Origin: Sedimentisphaerales bacterium
Lineage (GTDB): Bacteria > Planctomycetota > Phycisphaerae > Sedimentisphaerales > SM23-30
Assembly (NCBI GenBank): GCA_963663965.2
Contig: CAXXFK010000001.1
Span: 64,001 to 128,000 of the forward strand
DNA: 64,000 bases
Reading direction: 5' to 3'
Shown: positions 1 through 10,588 of the stretch, one piece after another
Numbering within the stretch: position 1 is the first letter of the stretch
Layout of the letters: each line of letters opens with the position of its first letter
The notes under the pieces: model-generated
The model's input: the letters and a program-made list of their open reading frames with translations, nothing else
What the model was told of the DNA's origin: nothing
Databases searched by the model: none
Made by a program: the position numbers and the translations under genes

Positions 1-708
1 GGTTATACCTTCCTGACCAACAATTCTTCCCGGAGTGTCACCGACTATCTCGCCAAAATAAGGGCCTACGGCATCGACGCCGCCCCGGATAACATCTACA
101 CCTCCTCACTGGCCACCATCGAATACATCAAGGATAATTTCAGTTCCGCGCATCGAATTTTTATTCTGGGCACCCAAAGCCTCAAAAACGAATTCACCAA
201 AGCCGGTTTTGAGGTCGTGACAGAATTTGACACCCCCGAACCCGATATCGTGGTCGTAGGATTCGATACCGAATTAACCTACCTGCGACTCTGCAAGGCT
301 GCCTGGTGGATCGATCAGGGCAAACCCTACATCGCCACCCATCCCGACCGTATCTGCCCCACCGATCAGGAACTCGTCCTGGTAGATTGCGGCGCGGTTT
401 GCCAATGTATCGAATCCGCCACCTCCCGCCGGCCGGACATCGTCCTGGGAAAACCCGAACCAGTCATGGTACACGGCATTCTTCGCCGGCACAACCTCCA
501 ACCCTCCCAACTCGCCATCGTAGGCGACCGGCTCTATACCGATATGGCTATGGCCCTGAACACCGGTGCCCTTGGGATACTCGTCCTCACCGGCGAAACC
601 AGACCCGAAGACCTCAACGAGAACAATGACCAGATATTAGTCTTCCCCGATATCCTCTGTTTTGCCAGTGAGATTGTTAAAGTCCGAAACAATACTTCCG
701 GCATTTAA
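1..708 (+). CDS. HAD-IIA family hydrolase (NagD-like), 5'-partial
   Basis: Frame is open from base 1 (GYTFLTNNSSRS...). It has the HAD-IIA motifs TNN, GKP and VGDRLYTD. Confidence 0.9.
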   Translation, partial: GYTFLTNNSSRSVTDYLAKIRAYGIDAAPDNIYTSSLATIEYIKDNFSSAHRIFILGTQSLKNEFTKAGFEVVTEFDTPEPDIVVVGFDTELTYLRLCKAAWWIDQGKPYIATHPDRICPTDQELVLVDCGAVCQCIESATSRRPDIVLGKPEPVMVHGILRRHNLQPSQLAIVGDRLYTDMAMALNTGALGILVLTGETRPEDLNENNDQILVFPDILCFASEIVKVRNNTSGI

Positions 709-754
709 AAACAGTATCCCTCCATAAAAATTCAAAATACTCGTTTACCCGTAT

Positions 755-784
755 GCAGAGACGCGATGCTTCGCGTCTTTTTTT
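755..784 (+). terminator. REP-like palindrome with U-tail (intrinsic terminator)
   Basis: AGACGCGA-TGCT-TCGCGTCT followed by a T run, downstream of the HAD gene. Near-identical to 3199-3227. Confidence 0.7.
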
Positions 785-951
785 CATGCAAACCGGTAAA
801 CACATCTGAATCCAACAGATGCATATCCTGAAACCATAAGCTTTTATAGTTCTTCACTGGATTTCATCATATGCCACGTTTAATAAATATAAACGTATTC
901 GCAAAAATAAACTTAAATTAAATTACATAATTCAAACCCAAACAATTACTT

Positions 952-1605
952 ATGAAAAAGAACATTCTCAACTTCTGGGTCGATCTATTCAGTATGCTGG
1001 TCATGTTCGGACTGATCTGGACCGGTTTTCTGATCGAATTTGTCTTACCGCCACGCCAGCGATCAATATTATGGGGTTGGGATAGACACCAATGGGGTGA
1101 ACTCCATTTCTACCTGGCTATCGCCCTGATTGGATTAATGTTCATCCATATCTGGCTGCACTGGAACTGGTTCTGCATGATGATGGCAAAAATCGTTGCC
1201 CGGAAAAATCCCCAAGCCAAACGCTATTTGATCACAGGCCTGCTATGCGCCATTGCCTTAACCAGTTTAACCGCAGGATCACTGGTTTATCTAAAATCTC
1301 AAGTGCATATCGAGCGCGAAACCGGACGAAGGGCCGGCCACTTAAACACTTCAGCACCTCTACCCACTGATCTTATTCGGGGCAATGACAACCTAACTGA
1401 TTATCCAGAAAATAGTAACATCTTTATCAATGGCAGAACAACCATCCGCCAGGCATCGCTGGCAACTGGAAAATCGATAAATCAGATCACCTCCCTTCTG
1501 GGCCTTCCAGATAATACCAATCCAGATCTGGGACTGGGCCAGGCCATCGCTGCCAACCCAAACCTGACCATGCGGGATATCCGCGAAATTTTATTAACAC
1601 CTTGA
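952..1605 (+). CDS. DUF4405-family membrane protein
   Basis: Three hydrophobic helices and the W.ELHFY...HIWLHWNW motif. Confidence 0.75.
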   Translation: MKKNILNFWVDLFSMLVMFGLIWTGFLIEFVLPPRQRSILWGWDRHQWGELHFYLAIALIGLMFIHIWLHWNWFCMMMAKIVARKNPQAKRYLITGLLCAIALTSLTAGSLVYLKSQVHIERETGRRAGHLNTSAPLPTDLIRGNDNLTDYPENSNIFINGRTTIRQASLATGKSINQITSLLGLPDNTNPDLGLGQAIAANPNLTMRDIREILLTP

Positions 1606-1728
1606 ACCCGGCCTGATAAATGAAGTATAATCATAATAGAGGACAAACGTTGTCTTTAAAATGTTTAATTAATGTAACTTTATATTTATCCGATAGTTAT
1701 TTAAGTACCCATTCGTAAGGAGATCCTG

Positions 1729-3174
1729 ATGAAAGGTTATCTTAAATGTTGTATTTCCATAGCCGTTATCGCAACCATCGTGTTGCCGGCCTGGTCTCAG
1801 CAATATGTTTCAAGTCGCGGGCACCTTCTGGATGCCAATATGCGCGTGGGAGGCTCCAGCCAGAACCGGCGCAATATCATGTCTTTCAACTACAAACCCG
1901 ATAGTAATCTCTTCATTACGGGCAATGTCACGGGCGGCGCTCGCTTTCAGGGCACAGTACCCTATCGCAGCCAGCAGGAATTCCAGGGCAACCTGGGATT
2001 CAGACCTCTTGATAATTTCCGGCGTGATTCGGTGGGATTGGAAAGTCTTTCCAACAGCTTCATGAACAGTCCCATGCCCTTTGTCGATACCAACCGCTCT
2101 ATCACCACCCGCAACGGCAATGCCATCGTGAATACCGGCACGGTCAATCTGACTCGTCCGGAAAGCAGCGGCCGGTTCGCCAACTTGCGCGGCTATAACA
2201 CTGACCGCCGATTCCAGTTCAATACCTACAATACTCAACTGAATACCAATATGCTCAGTGTCAACGCGCTGGAACCCGATGTCGATTTTAATCCAACCCA
2301 ACCGGGTAAAACGGTCAACTTACGCGGCCCGGTCTATAACCGGGATATTGCCTATACCGTCAATTCAGACCAGATCCCCAATCGTTTGAATACCTACATT
2401 TCACTCCAACCGGATTCCGATGAATCCTCCATGATGTACGGCGATCTTTATCAATCGAAGCAAAACTCTCAGGAGTCATCGGTACCTTCCGTCCTGTTAC
2501 CCGGTGAAATGAAAGTCACCCTCCCGGGACGGATTGGTGAAGATGCCACCCTGCCGGTTACCCAGATCACCAGACAACCCCAGGTTCAACTGGCCTACCG
2601 CAGCACTCATCTGGATAACAATCTCAGCACTGGCAAAACGGCCAACAACCTTCAGCCTGAAATCAGCAATATTCCGCGTATCACAATGAAGCTCGATTAC
2701 CAGAAGGCCGCCGAAACGAAAGCGTTGAACTACGTGGACCAGGCCAACACCTTTTACCAGAACGCGGCCTACGAAGATGCCGCCGCCAAATTAAAACTGG
2801 CCGCTATTTACGCCCCGCAGGATCCCGGTATCATTCTGGCTTATTCACACGCCCTGTTAGCTCACGGCGATCTGCTCACCGGCGGATTCGAACTGGATCG
2901 TTCCTTGCGAATAATGGACAAAAACGTGGCCCGGGCACAATTCACGGCCAAAACCTTCCGCCTGACCGGCGCCGAATTACTGACCGAACGCCTCTCCGCC
3001 CTTAACGAAAAACTTTCAACCGAATTTGAACCCATCTATGGCCTGACCAAAGCCTATCTGCTTTATCTCACCAATCGCCCCAGTGAAGCCATAACCCTGC
3101 TGCAAAGCCCGGATATGCAAAAGGCCAACCTGAAAAGCGCCAAAATCCTGTTGCAGGTCTTACAAAACCAATAA
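1729..3174 (+). CDS. Exported protein with C-terminal TPR-like helices
   Basis: Signal peptide, AAGGAG RBS, and an A..FYQNAAYEDAA..L..A...AP TPR pattern. Confidence 0.65.
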   Translation: MKGYLKCCISIAVIATIVLPAWSQQYVSSRGHLLDANMRVGGSSQNRRNIMSFNYKPDSNLFITGNVTGGARFQGTVPYRSQQEFQGNLGFRPLDNFRRDSVGLESLSNSFMNSPMPFVDTNRSITTRNGNAIVNTGTVNLTRPESSGRFANLRGYNTDRRFQFNTYNTQLNTNMLSVNALEPDVDFNPTQPGKTVNLRGPVYNRDIAYTVNSDQIPNRLNTYISLQPDSDESSMMYGDLYQSKQNSQESSVPSVLLPGEMKVTLPGRIGEDATLPVTQITRQPQVQLAYRSTHLDNNLSTGKTANNLQPEISNIPRITMKLDYQKAAETKALNYVDQANTFYQNAAYEDAAAKLKLAAIYAPQDPGIILAYSHALLAHGDLLTGGFELDRSLRIMDKNVARAQFTAKTFRLTGAELLTERLSALNEKLSTEFEPIYGLTKAYLLYLTNRPSEAITLLQSPDMQKANLKSAKILLQVLQNQ

Positions 3175-3198
3175 GTGAAAATGCCTGCCTGGTTATAA

Positions 3199-3227
3199 GT
3201 AGAGACGCGACGCTTCGCGTCTTTTTT
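3199..3227 (+). terminator. GTAG-type REP-like palindrome / terminator
   Basis: GTAGAGACGCGA-CGCT-TCGCGTCTTTTTT between convergent genes. Confidence 0.7.
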
Positions 3228-3337
3228 CCGCCTGGCTATCATTGACATTGAAATCTAGCCTCCGGTGGTTATCCCTACTACAATTCGCCTTCTCGCCCTT
3301 TCCCCCCTTTGTGACTTCTTGCCTTTGTGTGAACTCT

Positions 3338-3949
3338 TTACTCGGTAGCCACCTGTTTTGCCCCATAATCCTCCGGGTTAAATTGCATAACAAAATCCCG
3401 TAACGCCAGTATCTTGGGATGCTCAAAATCATGCCCGAAAGTCGGCAATTCATCCCAGGCCTGTTTATTGGGCGTCTGCTCACAGGCAATCCGGTAAAGC
3501 GCGACCATCACTCCCGTTCGGATGACTCCCTGCGCGCAATGCACCAGCACCGGCTGATTGTCTTTGTCCTTGACAATATCCAGCCATTCCTGCACCTGCT
3601 CCGTCGTTGGCAGCTCTTTCCCTTTGATCGGAATATTGACAAATCGTATTCCATTCGCCTGGCAGAATTGCGATTCCATCTCATACCAGTCAGGCATCCA
3701 GTCCCCTTCATCCGGCAGCCGCATGGACACCACCGTCTTGATATGATACTGCTTCATAATCTTTTCAAAATTATACGGCCGCAGACTGCCGCTGCGATAC
3801 AACACATCTTTCGTAACCGTCTTAAAATGATAAGGCCCCAGCTTATGGTGCAAAATCGGCGCCGCAATCGCAACCGCAACTATCGCGACAATCAGCCAGG
3901 GCAAAAACTTATTTTTCTTCTTGGGCATGTCAGCTTGAGTCATTTTCAC
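3338..3949 (-). CDS. Membrane-anchored protein tyrosine / dual-specificity phosphatase
   Basis: N-terminal TM helix, LYRSG, and the active-site motif VLVHCAQGVIRTG (CX5R). Confidence 0.88.
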   Translation of the reverse strand: MKMTQADMPKKKNKFLPWLIVAIVAVAIAAPILHHKLGPYHFKTVTKDVLYRSGSLRPYNFEKIMKQYHIKTVVSMRLPDEGDWMPDWYEMESQFCQANGIRFVNIPIKGKELPTTEQVQEWLDIVKDKDNQPVLVHCAQGVIRTGVMVALYRIACEQTPNKQAWDELPTFGHDFEHPKILALRDFVMQFNPEDYGAKQVATE

Positions 3950-4089
3950 CTTTCAGTTTATCTACTTCGCGTTCTTATTTGTACTACTATCCATCATCTC
4001 TTTGTTTTCTTAGCAAGTTTTTTTCTGATATTTTATAAGTATATTAAATTGAATTCATTATACAACAAAATCGTTACCTTGAACTTTTT

Positions 4090-4384
4090 TATCCTGTCGA
4101 TCCTGTGATCCTGTCTAAACGGCTGTTTTTTCTTTGCGGCTTTGTGTGAGCTATTTTTTCTTTGGTTGCGGCTTGACCGCGCTGTACTACAATCATTCAA
4201 TTCTTTGTTTTTTTTAGCGTTTTTTTTGTGTCAGAGAATATATGCTCTTTTAAATCAAAAACTTATATGACTTAGCGCCTTCCTTCAATGATTGACTTTC
4301 CCAGTCGTTGCCCACCCTTTGCGCCTTAGCGTCTTTGCGTTAAACCGGCTGTTTTTCTGTGGCTTGGTGGCTTTGCGTGAAACT
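4090..4384. repeat. Cluster of short 8-10 nt periodic repeats
   Basis: ATCCTGT x3 at 4091-4115, CTTTGCGG/CTTTGTGT, CTTTGCGC/CTTAGCGT/CTTTGCGT, and a duplicated TAAAC(C)GGCTGTTTTT. Related copy at about 3308-3335. Confidence 0.6.
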
Positions 4385-4454
4385 TATCTATATTATAGCA
4401 TCTTAAGTTAAAAAACATTGACATGTAAAGCCAAAAACCGCTTTAATAACAGAT

Positions 4455-4826
4455 ATGAAACCAACACCCCCCACCCAACTTAAAAACCCTGATTCATGTA
4501 ACCCGCCCGCCGGCAACGAGTTACCTGGCGACACCTGCGGCTCCTGTCCCCAGGCCCACGAATGCCGGACCGTCTGGTCCCAGCCCAACCAGGGCCCCTT
4601 CAACAGCGCCGGCCTGGTCCTCAGCAGCATCACCGCCTTCCTCCTGCCCATCCTCACCGCCGCCCTCGGCGGCGCCATCGCCCAGAACCTCGCCCACACC
4701 AGACCCTGGATGTTCACCGGCACAATCCTCGGCCTCGCCACCGGCATCCTCATCGCCTGGCTACTCGTACCCCAAATCCTGAAAAAATGCGGTAAAGCTG
4801 ACAATCAAGATCAAACGCATCTCTGA
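4455..4826 (+). CDS. RseC/MucC-like membrane protein
   Basis: CGSCPQAHEC cysteine motif followed by two TM helices (AFLLPIL). Confidence 0.6.
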   Translation: MKPTPPTQLKNPDSCNPPAGNELPGDTCGSCPQAHECRTVWSQPNQGPFNSAGLVLSSITAFLLPILTAALGGAIAQNLAHTRPWMFTGTILGLATGILIAWLLVPQILKKCGKADNQDQTHL

Positions 4827-4831
4827 TCCTT

Positions 4832-6001
4832 TCACCATTGCTTGTGAGGTAGAGAAACAATAAAAGTAGAACCCTCTCCTAATTTCGATTCCACTTCGAT
4901 AGAACCGCCATGCCGTTCGACGATCAACCGGGTGAGCGTCAATCCTAATCCACTGCCGGGCATTTTATCGTCAGATTCGATGCGATAAAAGATATCGAAT
5001 ATTTTACTTATGTGAGGTTCGGAAATGCCCAGGCCATTATCCTGCACGAAGTAGCTGTTCCAATGATCCTGCTGACTACCATAAATATGGATCGCTGGCG
5101 GACGCTCTGGATGACTATATTTGATCGCATTCCCAATAAGATTACTGAACACCTGTTGTAGCCAGTTTGCATCCCCGTTGACATCGGGCAAGGGATCTAC
5201 TCGAATCTGGGCTTTGCATTGATTTATTTGATGTCGCATGTTATCCAGAACTTCCTGAATCAGAATGTTCATCGCCAGCCAATGATGGCTAAAATCGATA
5301 TGTCCCAGCTTGATTAAATAGCCGACATTTTTTAGTATAAGTTCCATTTTTAAAATGCTTTTATTAATAATCAAACTATAAGCGCCTACATGTTGATCGA
5401 TCGAATCGCAGATCACCTGGAATCCGTCCAGACGATGTTCTCGGTAACCGTTTACGATTTTTTGACTTTCAGCAATCAACAATGACATATATCCCGATAT
5501 GTTAATCAATGGCGTACACAAATCGTGGGCCACGATCTGCAATAAATTTTCCATTTCTTGGTTCTTGCTTTCTAACTTCTGGATCAATTCGCAATGATAG
5601 CGCTCCGCCTGTTTCCATGCGGAAATATCACGGGATACCAATAAGATCAGATTGTGCACGGTTAACGAAAGAGCATTCCAGGCCAACCAATGGTAGGTGC
5701 CGTTTTTATTGCGATATCTATTTTCAAATAATTGTACCATTTCTCCCTGTTTCAAGAGATTGCCAACCGTGATCGTCGCTTCCTGGTCGTCCGGATGAAC
5801 AAGGTCGAACCAGGATCGTCCACGCAGTTCCCGTTCGGTCCAACCCAGGGTTTTTGTCCAGGCCGGATTTACCGATTCAAAAGACCCATCATAACGAACG
5901 GCGCCTATCATATCTTTCGATAAGTTATAGTTTGAATTTTCTTGCTCCAATTTCGTACTCATTCGGATGCTCCTGCATTCTGTTGGCATTTCGCTAAACA
6001 T
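4832..6001 (-). CDS. PAS-domain sensor histidine kinase
   Basis: PAS (VHPDD), H-box AHDL.TP, N-box NLIGNAIKY, DNGLGI, GSGLGL. Confidence 0.93.
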   Translation of the reverse strand: MFSEMPTECRSIRMSTKLEQENSNYNLSKDMIGAVRYDGSFESVNPAWTKTLGWTERELRGRSWFDLVHPDDQEATITVGNLLKQGEMVQLFENRYRNKNGTYHWLAWNALSLTVHNLILLVSRDISAWKQAERYHCELIQKLESKNQEMENLLQIVAHDLCTPLINISGYMSLLIAESQKIVNGYREHRLDGFQVICDSIDQHVGAYSLIINKSILKMELILKNVGYLIKLGHIDFSHHWLAMNILIQEVLDNMRHQINQCKAQIRVDPLPDVNGDANWLQQVFSNLIGNAIKYSHPERPPAIHIYGSQQDHWNSYFVQDNGLGISEPHISKIFDIFYRIESDDKMPGSGLGLTLTRLIVERHGGSIEVESKLGEGSTFIVSLPHKQW

Positions 6002-6360
6002 TCAAGCGTCTCTAAAACGGAAGGGATTGATGCACGTGAATCAATATGAAGTCGCTCCGCTAAACGATCTGCTTCTAACGCTCTTTGAATTACCATCTGA
6101 TGATATCAGGGATTGTTTTTTTGTAAATCGGAGTAATGTCTGATTTTCCAGTAGGGCAAATCCCGCCCAATGACTATCAGGCAAATCACCTACATTTTTC
6201 AAGACGGACTTGTGCCTGAACTCTTGAATTAAGATACCGGGACATCGGACAACCTGCAAAATACCGGCACAAATGACGCTAACGGCAATAGATCGATGGG
6301 AAACGATATCCCATTGCGTTCCGGCTTGCCAAATCCACAACTCAACATCTGCTGCGGATC

Positions 6361-6780
6361 CTATCGCGCAAAGTATTGCCTGATATGGGCCGCGATCTGG
6401 GGAACAGTCATTTTATCCGAAGTCTCGATGGCGGCAATTCGTCCGGCGAGCCCTTCCTCTTCGAGAATTGTTTTGAGTTCACTTTTGGCTTCTCCGGGAC
6501 CCATGATCAGGATCGATTCCGCCTCGCGGATGCACGCCATCACTTCACGATAGTAGCCTTTCAGGCGTTGGCTATGATCTCGCTGTCTGCGGTCATCGGC
6601 AGGAACAGCCTGAGATTCAAATGGCCCGCTCGGGCGAGATCCGGCGGCGCGCCGTCTCTGTGTTTCGACATCGGAAAAGATTTGTTCGATGATATCATCC
6701 TTGCCTTCCAGAAATACAATAACGGATTTTCGATGATCGATCCATAATCCCACATGATCAGTCATGTTTTTTATCTTCAT
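6361..6780 (-). CDS. eRF1/host-attachment-like small protein
   Basis: VGLWIDHRKS...ILIMGPGEAK pattern typical of bacterial eRF1-like families. Confidence 0.65.
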   Translation of the reverse strand: MKIKNMTDHVGLWIDHRKSVIVFLEGKDDIIEQIFSDVETQRRRAAGSRPSGPFESQAVPADDRRQRDHSQRLKGYYREVMACIREAESILIMGPGEAKSELKTILEEEGLAGRIAAIETSDKMTVPQIAAHIRQYFAR

Positions 6781-7012
6781 GATTTTTACCCATCCATTCT
6801 TCGCGCATTAGCGGATTTTTGTTTAACAGTTTTGTTGTTACCGCTCCCAGAACAAAACCGATCAGCAGCGTGATGATAATCAGCAACGCCTTGGGCATCG
6901 AAAACGTTAGCAGCAGCAGTTTTGTTTCAACGACCTGGGTGTTTTGCATAATCGCAACAAAAACCAGCAGTATCAGAACAACGATGATAACGGCTTTAAT
7001 TGGTTTCATCAC
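6758..7012 (-). CDS. LapA (DUF1049) family membrane protein
   Basis: TM-QNTQVV-TM architecture, 84 aa. Confidence 0.8.
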   Translation of the reverse strand: MMKPIKAVIIVVLILLVFVAIMQNTQVVETKLLLLTFSMPKALLIIITLLIGFVLGAVTTKLLNKNPLMREEWMGKNHEDKKHD

Positions 7013-7101
7013 CTGCCACGCTTTCTTGTGAAACCATTGAATGACGCCCCCCGGTTAGTTTTCTGCCAAACACGATCGATCCGCTATCGACAACGTTGAA
7101 C

Positions 7102-8643
7102 TTATTCATAGTTGAGCGCCATTTCTTTCATTTGCAGGTTCATTCCTTGCAATGTCTTGCGGAAGTGAAAGCCGTATATGGAAAAACGAACAGCCAGCGG
7201 GAGGCGCCGGAGGTCTTTGAGTGACCATAGTATCAGCATCCAATAATGAATCTTACCCTTTTCGATCACTCCGATCCGCCAAAGCGATCGGAAAAATGCT
7301 TTCATGCCGCAGTATCGCACTTTAATCCTGGCTTTGTCACCAAATTGGTAGTTCTCAAGAAATGTTCTAACCCGTTTATAATAAAATTTCTGCGAGTAAA
7401 TCGTATTGAGTACCTTCCGATAGCCCCTCATCAGCTCGTGAATATCCATCCTGGGAATGAAATTCATTGAGCAGTCCATATTGTCTCCCGATGACGGTTT
7501 CGTCAACCGGTTTTCGCGCATCAGCTTCTTGTAAAGCTGGGTCCCTCGCGGGGCATTGAGAAGCCCCACCATCGCCATGACAATTCCGCTATCCTGAATC
7601 AGGGCGATCATTCGGTCAAAGACACCGGGCTTGTCGCTGTCAAACCCAACAATAAAGCCGGCTTGCACCTGTATCCCGAATTGCTGGATTTTTTGAATGG
7701 CGGCCACGATATCCCGGCCTTCATTCTGTTTTTTATTGCATTCGACCAGACTTTCTTCGTTAGGGGTTTCAATCCCGATAAACACACAATCGAAACCGGC
7801 CCGGGTCATCAGTGTCATCAATGCTTCATCATCCACCAGATCGATCGAAGCCTGGGTGTTAAAAGCAAAAGGATGATTTCTTTTCTCCATCCAGTCAATG
7901 ATGGCCGGCAGCAATTCGGTTTTCAATTGCTGGCGCTTCCCGATAAAATTATCGTCCACAAAAAACACATCCCCGCGCCAATTGTGGGCATAGAGACTTT
8001 CAAGCTCATCGATGATCTGGCCGGTTGTTTTTGTCCGCACTTTGCGGCCCAGTAACGTCGTTATATCGCAGAAGTCGCAATTAAACGGACAGCCACGCGA
8101 ATATTGGATTCCCATCAAGGCATACTTCGTCATATCCACCAAATCCCATTGAGGTACGGGGGTGTCTTTCAGATCGGGCTTTTCACGGGTCGTATAATAC
8201 TTTTCCGGACACCCATTTTCCAGGTCCGTTAAAAACATCGGCAGGGTGACCTCCGCCTCTCTCAGAACAAGATGATCCACATCCAAAAAGGCTTCGGGAT
8301 ACGCCGTGAACAACGGACCGCCAGCCACGATAGTTGCGTTCAGCTTTTTACAGCGCGCGATAATATCGTCGACAGACTTTTTCTGGATAACCATGGCGGT
8401 GATAAACACATAGTCGGCCCATTGAATGTCTTTATCACTCAGGGCGGTTACATTCATGTCAATCAGTCTTTTTTTATAAGTCGCCGGAAGCAGGGCCGCC
8501 ACAGTTAATAATCCCAGGGGCGGTAAAAGTGATTTTTTGGAAATAAACTTCAAAGCATTACTTAAACTCCAGAAGGTGTTCGGAACTTCCGGATTGACAA
8601 GCAGAATTTTTAATTTATCTTTCATGTATATTTCCAATTCCAT
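7102..8643 (-). CDS. B12-binding radical SAM protein (DUF4070 type)
   Basis: PPLGLLTVAA cobalamin-binding domain, GCPFNCDFC, DDNFIG, GFIVGFDSD. Confidence 0.92.
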   Translation of the reverse strand: MELEIYMKDKLKILLVNPEVPNTFWSLSNALKFISKKSLLPPLGLLTVAALLPATYKKRLIDMNVTALSDKDIQWADYVFITAMVIQKKSVDDIIARCKKLNATIVAGGPLFTAYPEAFLDVDHLVLREAEVTLPMFLTDLENGCPEKYYTTREKPDLKDTPVPQWDLVDMTKYALMGIQYSRGCPFNCDFCDITTLLGRKVRTKTTGQIIDELESLYAHNWRGDVFFVDDNFIGKRQQLKTELLPAIIDWMEKRNHPFAFNTQASIDLVDDEALMTLMTRAGFDCVFIGIETPNEESLVECNKKQNEGRDIVAAIQKIQQFGIQVQAGFIVGFDSDKPGVFDRMIALIQDSGIVMAMVGLLNAPRGTQLYKKLMRENRLTKPSSGDNMDCSMNFIPRMDIHELMRGYRKVLNTIYSQKFYYKRVRTFLENYQFGDKARIKVRYCGMKAFFRSLWRIGVIEKGKIHYWMLILWSLKDLRRLPLAVRFSIYGFHFRKTLQGMNLQMKEMALNYE

Positions 8644-9183
8644 GATAAATAATTGCGTTTAACGGGTGTAAACTACTTATGTTCCCTGTCCGAGGCGCGG
8701 CGCTTAATGGCCAGATCTCAGGCGGAATAGCCAAATATGCATACTTGGTGACCCATTCTCATAGGCCCGGCAAAAACACGCATTTTTCTTTTTTCAGCAG
8801 TCCATGGGTTCAGAACGTATCATTTGAATTACGATTAATGTCTCGCCAGGAACATGCATATATTTTCATTATTCGGCTTCTTACATAATCATACCCCCAA
8901 AATCTAATTTTGTATATCAGAGTGAGATATGGTTTTAATGTCAGACTAATAAACTATAGTTGTGTAATCTAAATGACTTACATCAGCGCCCGGAAAGAGC
9001 CCAATGATCAAAAATTTCAGATTGACACTTTTACGAATCTTGTTAGAATCAAAATAGATAAGAGAATTTTTGTGTGGGCAACATCAATTGACCTGCCGGG
9101 CATATAATGTTATGATAAGAAAGGTTAGGTCTTAAACGAAAAAAGCAAATGACATAACCAAACAACTAAAACATGTTGAACGG

Positions 9184-10554
9184 ATGTTGCAGATGAGCGA
9201 AGACAAGTATCGTCAGCTTGTCGAAAATGCTGAATGTATTATTCTTCGCATTGACATATCAGGGAATATTCTCTTTTTTAATGAATTCGCCCAGAATTTG
9301 TTTGGTTATACCGAACGCCAGATCCTGGGCAAAAACATCATCGGGACCATCGTTCCCGAAATCGATAGCGACGGCCGGAATATCGAAAATCCGACCAAAG
9401 AACAGCCGGTATTGTTCGCGACCTGCACTAACGAATGCCTGTGCAAAGATGGCCGGCGTGTCTGGATTACCTGGGCCAATAATGCCATCCATGATACGCA
9501 GCGAAACAGGACGGAAATCCTCTGTATCGGTCATGACATCACGGAAAGCAAACGGATGGAGAACCAACTCCAATTGCTGGCTACCGTGGTGCGCAGTTCC
9601 AACGACGCCATTACCATACTGGATCTGGATGGGAACATCATCTCCTGGAACCTCGGTGCCGAACGCATTTATGGCTATTCCGAAGCCGAAGCGTTGAAAA
9701 TGAATTTCGGCAGAATCATACCGGAACACAAGCAGGATGAAATGATGGCGCTGATTGAAAGAGTACTCAAAGGGGAGACGATTGAATGCTTTGAATCCCA
9801 GCGCCTGACCAGAAGCAACCGATTACTCGACATTTCGCTTACCGCAACCTGGCTGAAAGATGTTGCGGACAAACCCTTCGCCATCGCTCTGACTGAAAGG
9901 GATATTACCGAACGGCGGCGCCTGGAAAAGGAGATTCTCAATATCACCGAACGCGAACGGGAAATGATCGGCCAGGAATTGCACGATGGCATGGGACAGC
10001 TATTAACTGGCATCGCCGTTAAGTGCAAAGGACTGGCGCTGAAACTCAAGGGGCATTCTCCCGAATCCATGAATGACGCCGAAACGATAACAAAACTAGC
10101 CAACAAGGCGATTGCTCAAACGCGCGATCTGGCCAAAATCCTGTTCCCTGTCGATATTGAAACGGGGGGACTGGTGTCGGCCTTGAAAACCCTGGCGGCC
10201 AATACCGAAAAAACCATGAAAATTAAATGCCGGTTCCGATGCGGAAAATCGGTCTCAGTCAAAGATCTTACCGAAGCTAAGCAGATCTATCGTATTGTGC
10301 AGGAAGCGATTACGAATGCGATCCGCCACGGCAAAACCGAAACGATCAATGTCATCCTTCAATACACAAAAAAAAGAACCAAACTGACCATTGAAAACGA
10401 CGGACTTGATTTCCCTGCCCCCCTTCCGCCCAACAAAGGGATCGGTCTGAAAATCATGCAATACCGCACCAATCTGCTGGGAGGCGTCCTTGATATCCGT
10501 AAAGGCGACAAAGGCGGAACGGTGGTGGTTTGCACGCTTCCAAATGGCAGATAA
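9184..10554 (+). CDS. Dual-PAS sensor histidine kinase (HisKA_3, NarX/UhpB type)
   Basis: Two PAS/PAC domains, ELHDGMGQ, QEAITNAIRHG, ENDG, GIGL. Confidence 0.93.
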   Translation: MLQMSEDKYRQLVENAECIILRIDISGNILFFNEFAQNLFGYTERQILGKNIIGTIVPEIDSDGRNIENPTKEQPVLFATCTNECLCKDGRRVWITWANNAIHDTQRNRTEILCIGHDITESKRMENQLQLLATVVRSSNDAITILDLDGNIISWNLGAERIYGYSEAEALKMNFGRIIPEHKQDEMMALIERVLKGETIECFESQRLTRSNRLLDISLTATWLKDVADKPFAIALTERDITERRRLEKEILNITEREREMIGQELHDGMGQLLTGIAVKCKGLALKLKGHSPESMNDAETITKLANKAIAQTRDLAKILFPVDIETGGLVSALKTLAANTEKTMKIKCRFRCGKSVSVKDLTEAKQIYRIVQEAITNAIRHGKTETINVILQYTKKRTKLTIENDGLDFPAPLPPNKGIGLKIMQYRTNLLGGVLDIRKGDKGGTVVVCTLPNGR

Positions 10555-10588
10555 GTTTCTGGTATATGGATTGCAGGGAACTTTCAGT

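Noticed and set aside
10490..10588. Extended N-terminus of the NarL regulator in the ORF track
   Set aside because: It overlaps the kinase 3' end, and ATG 10589 fits the domain start. Track starts at 16024, 17025, 19583, 26218 and 51816 were similarly shortened.
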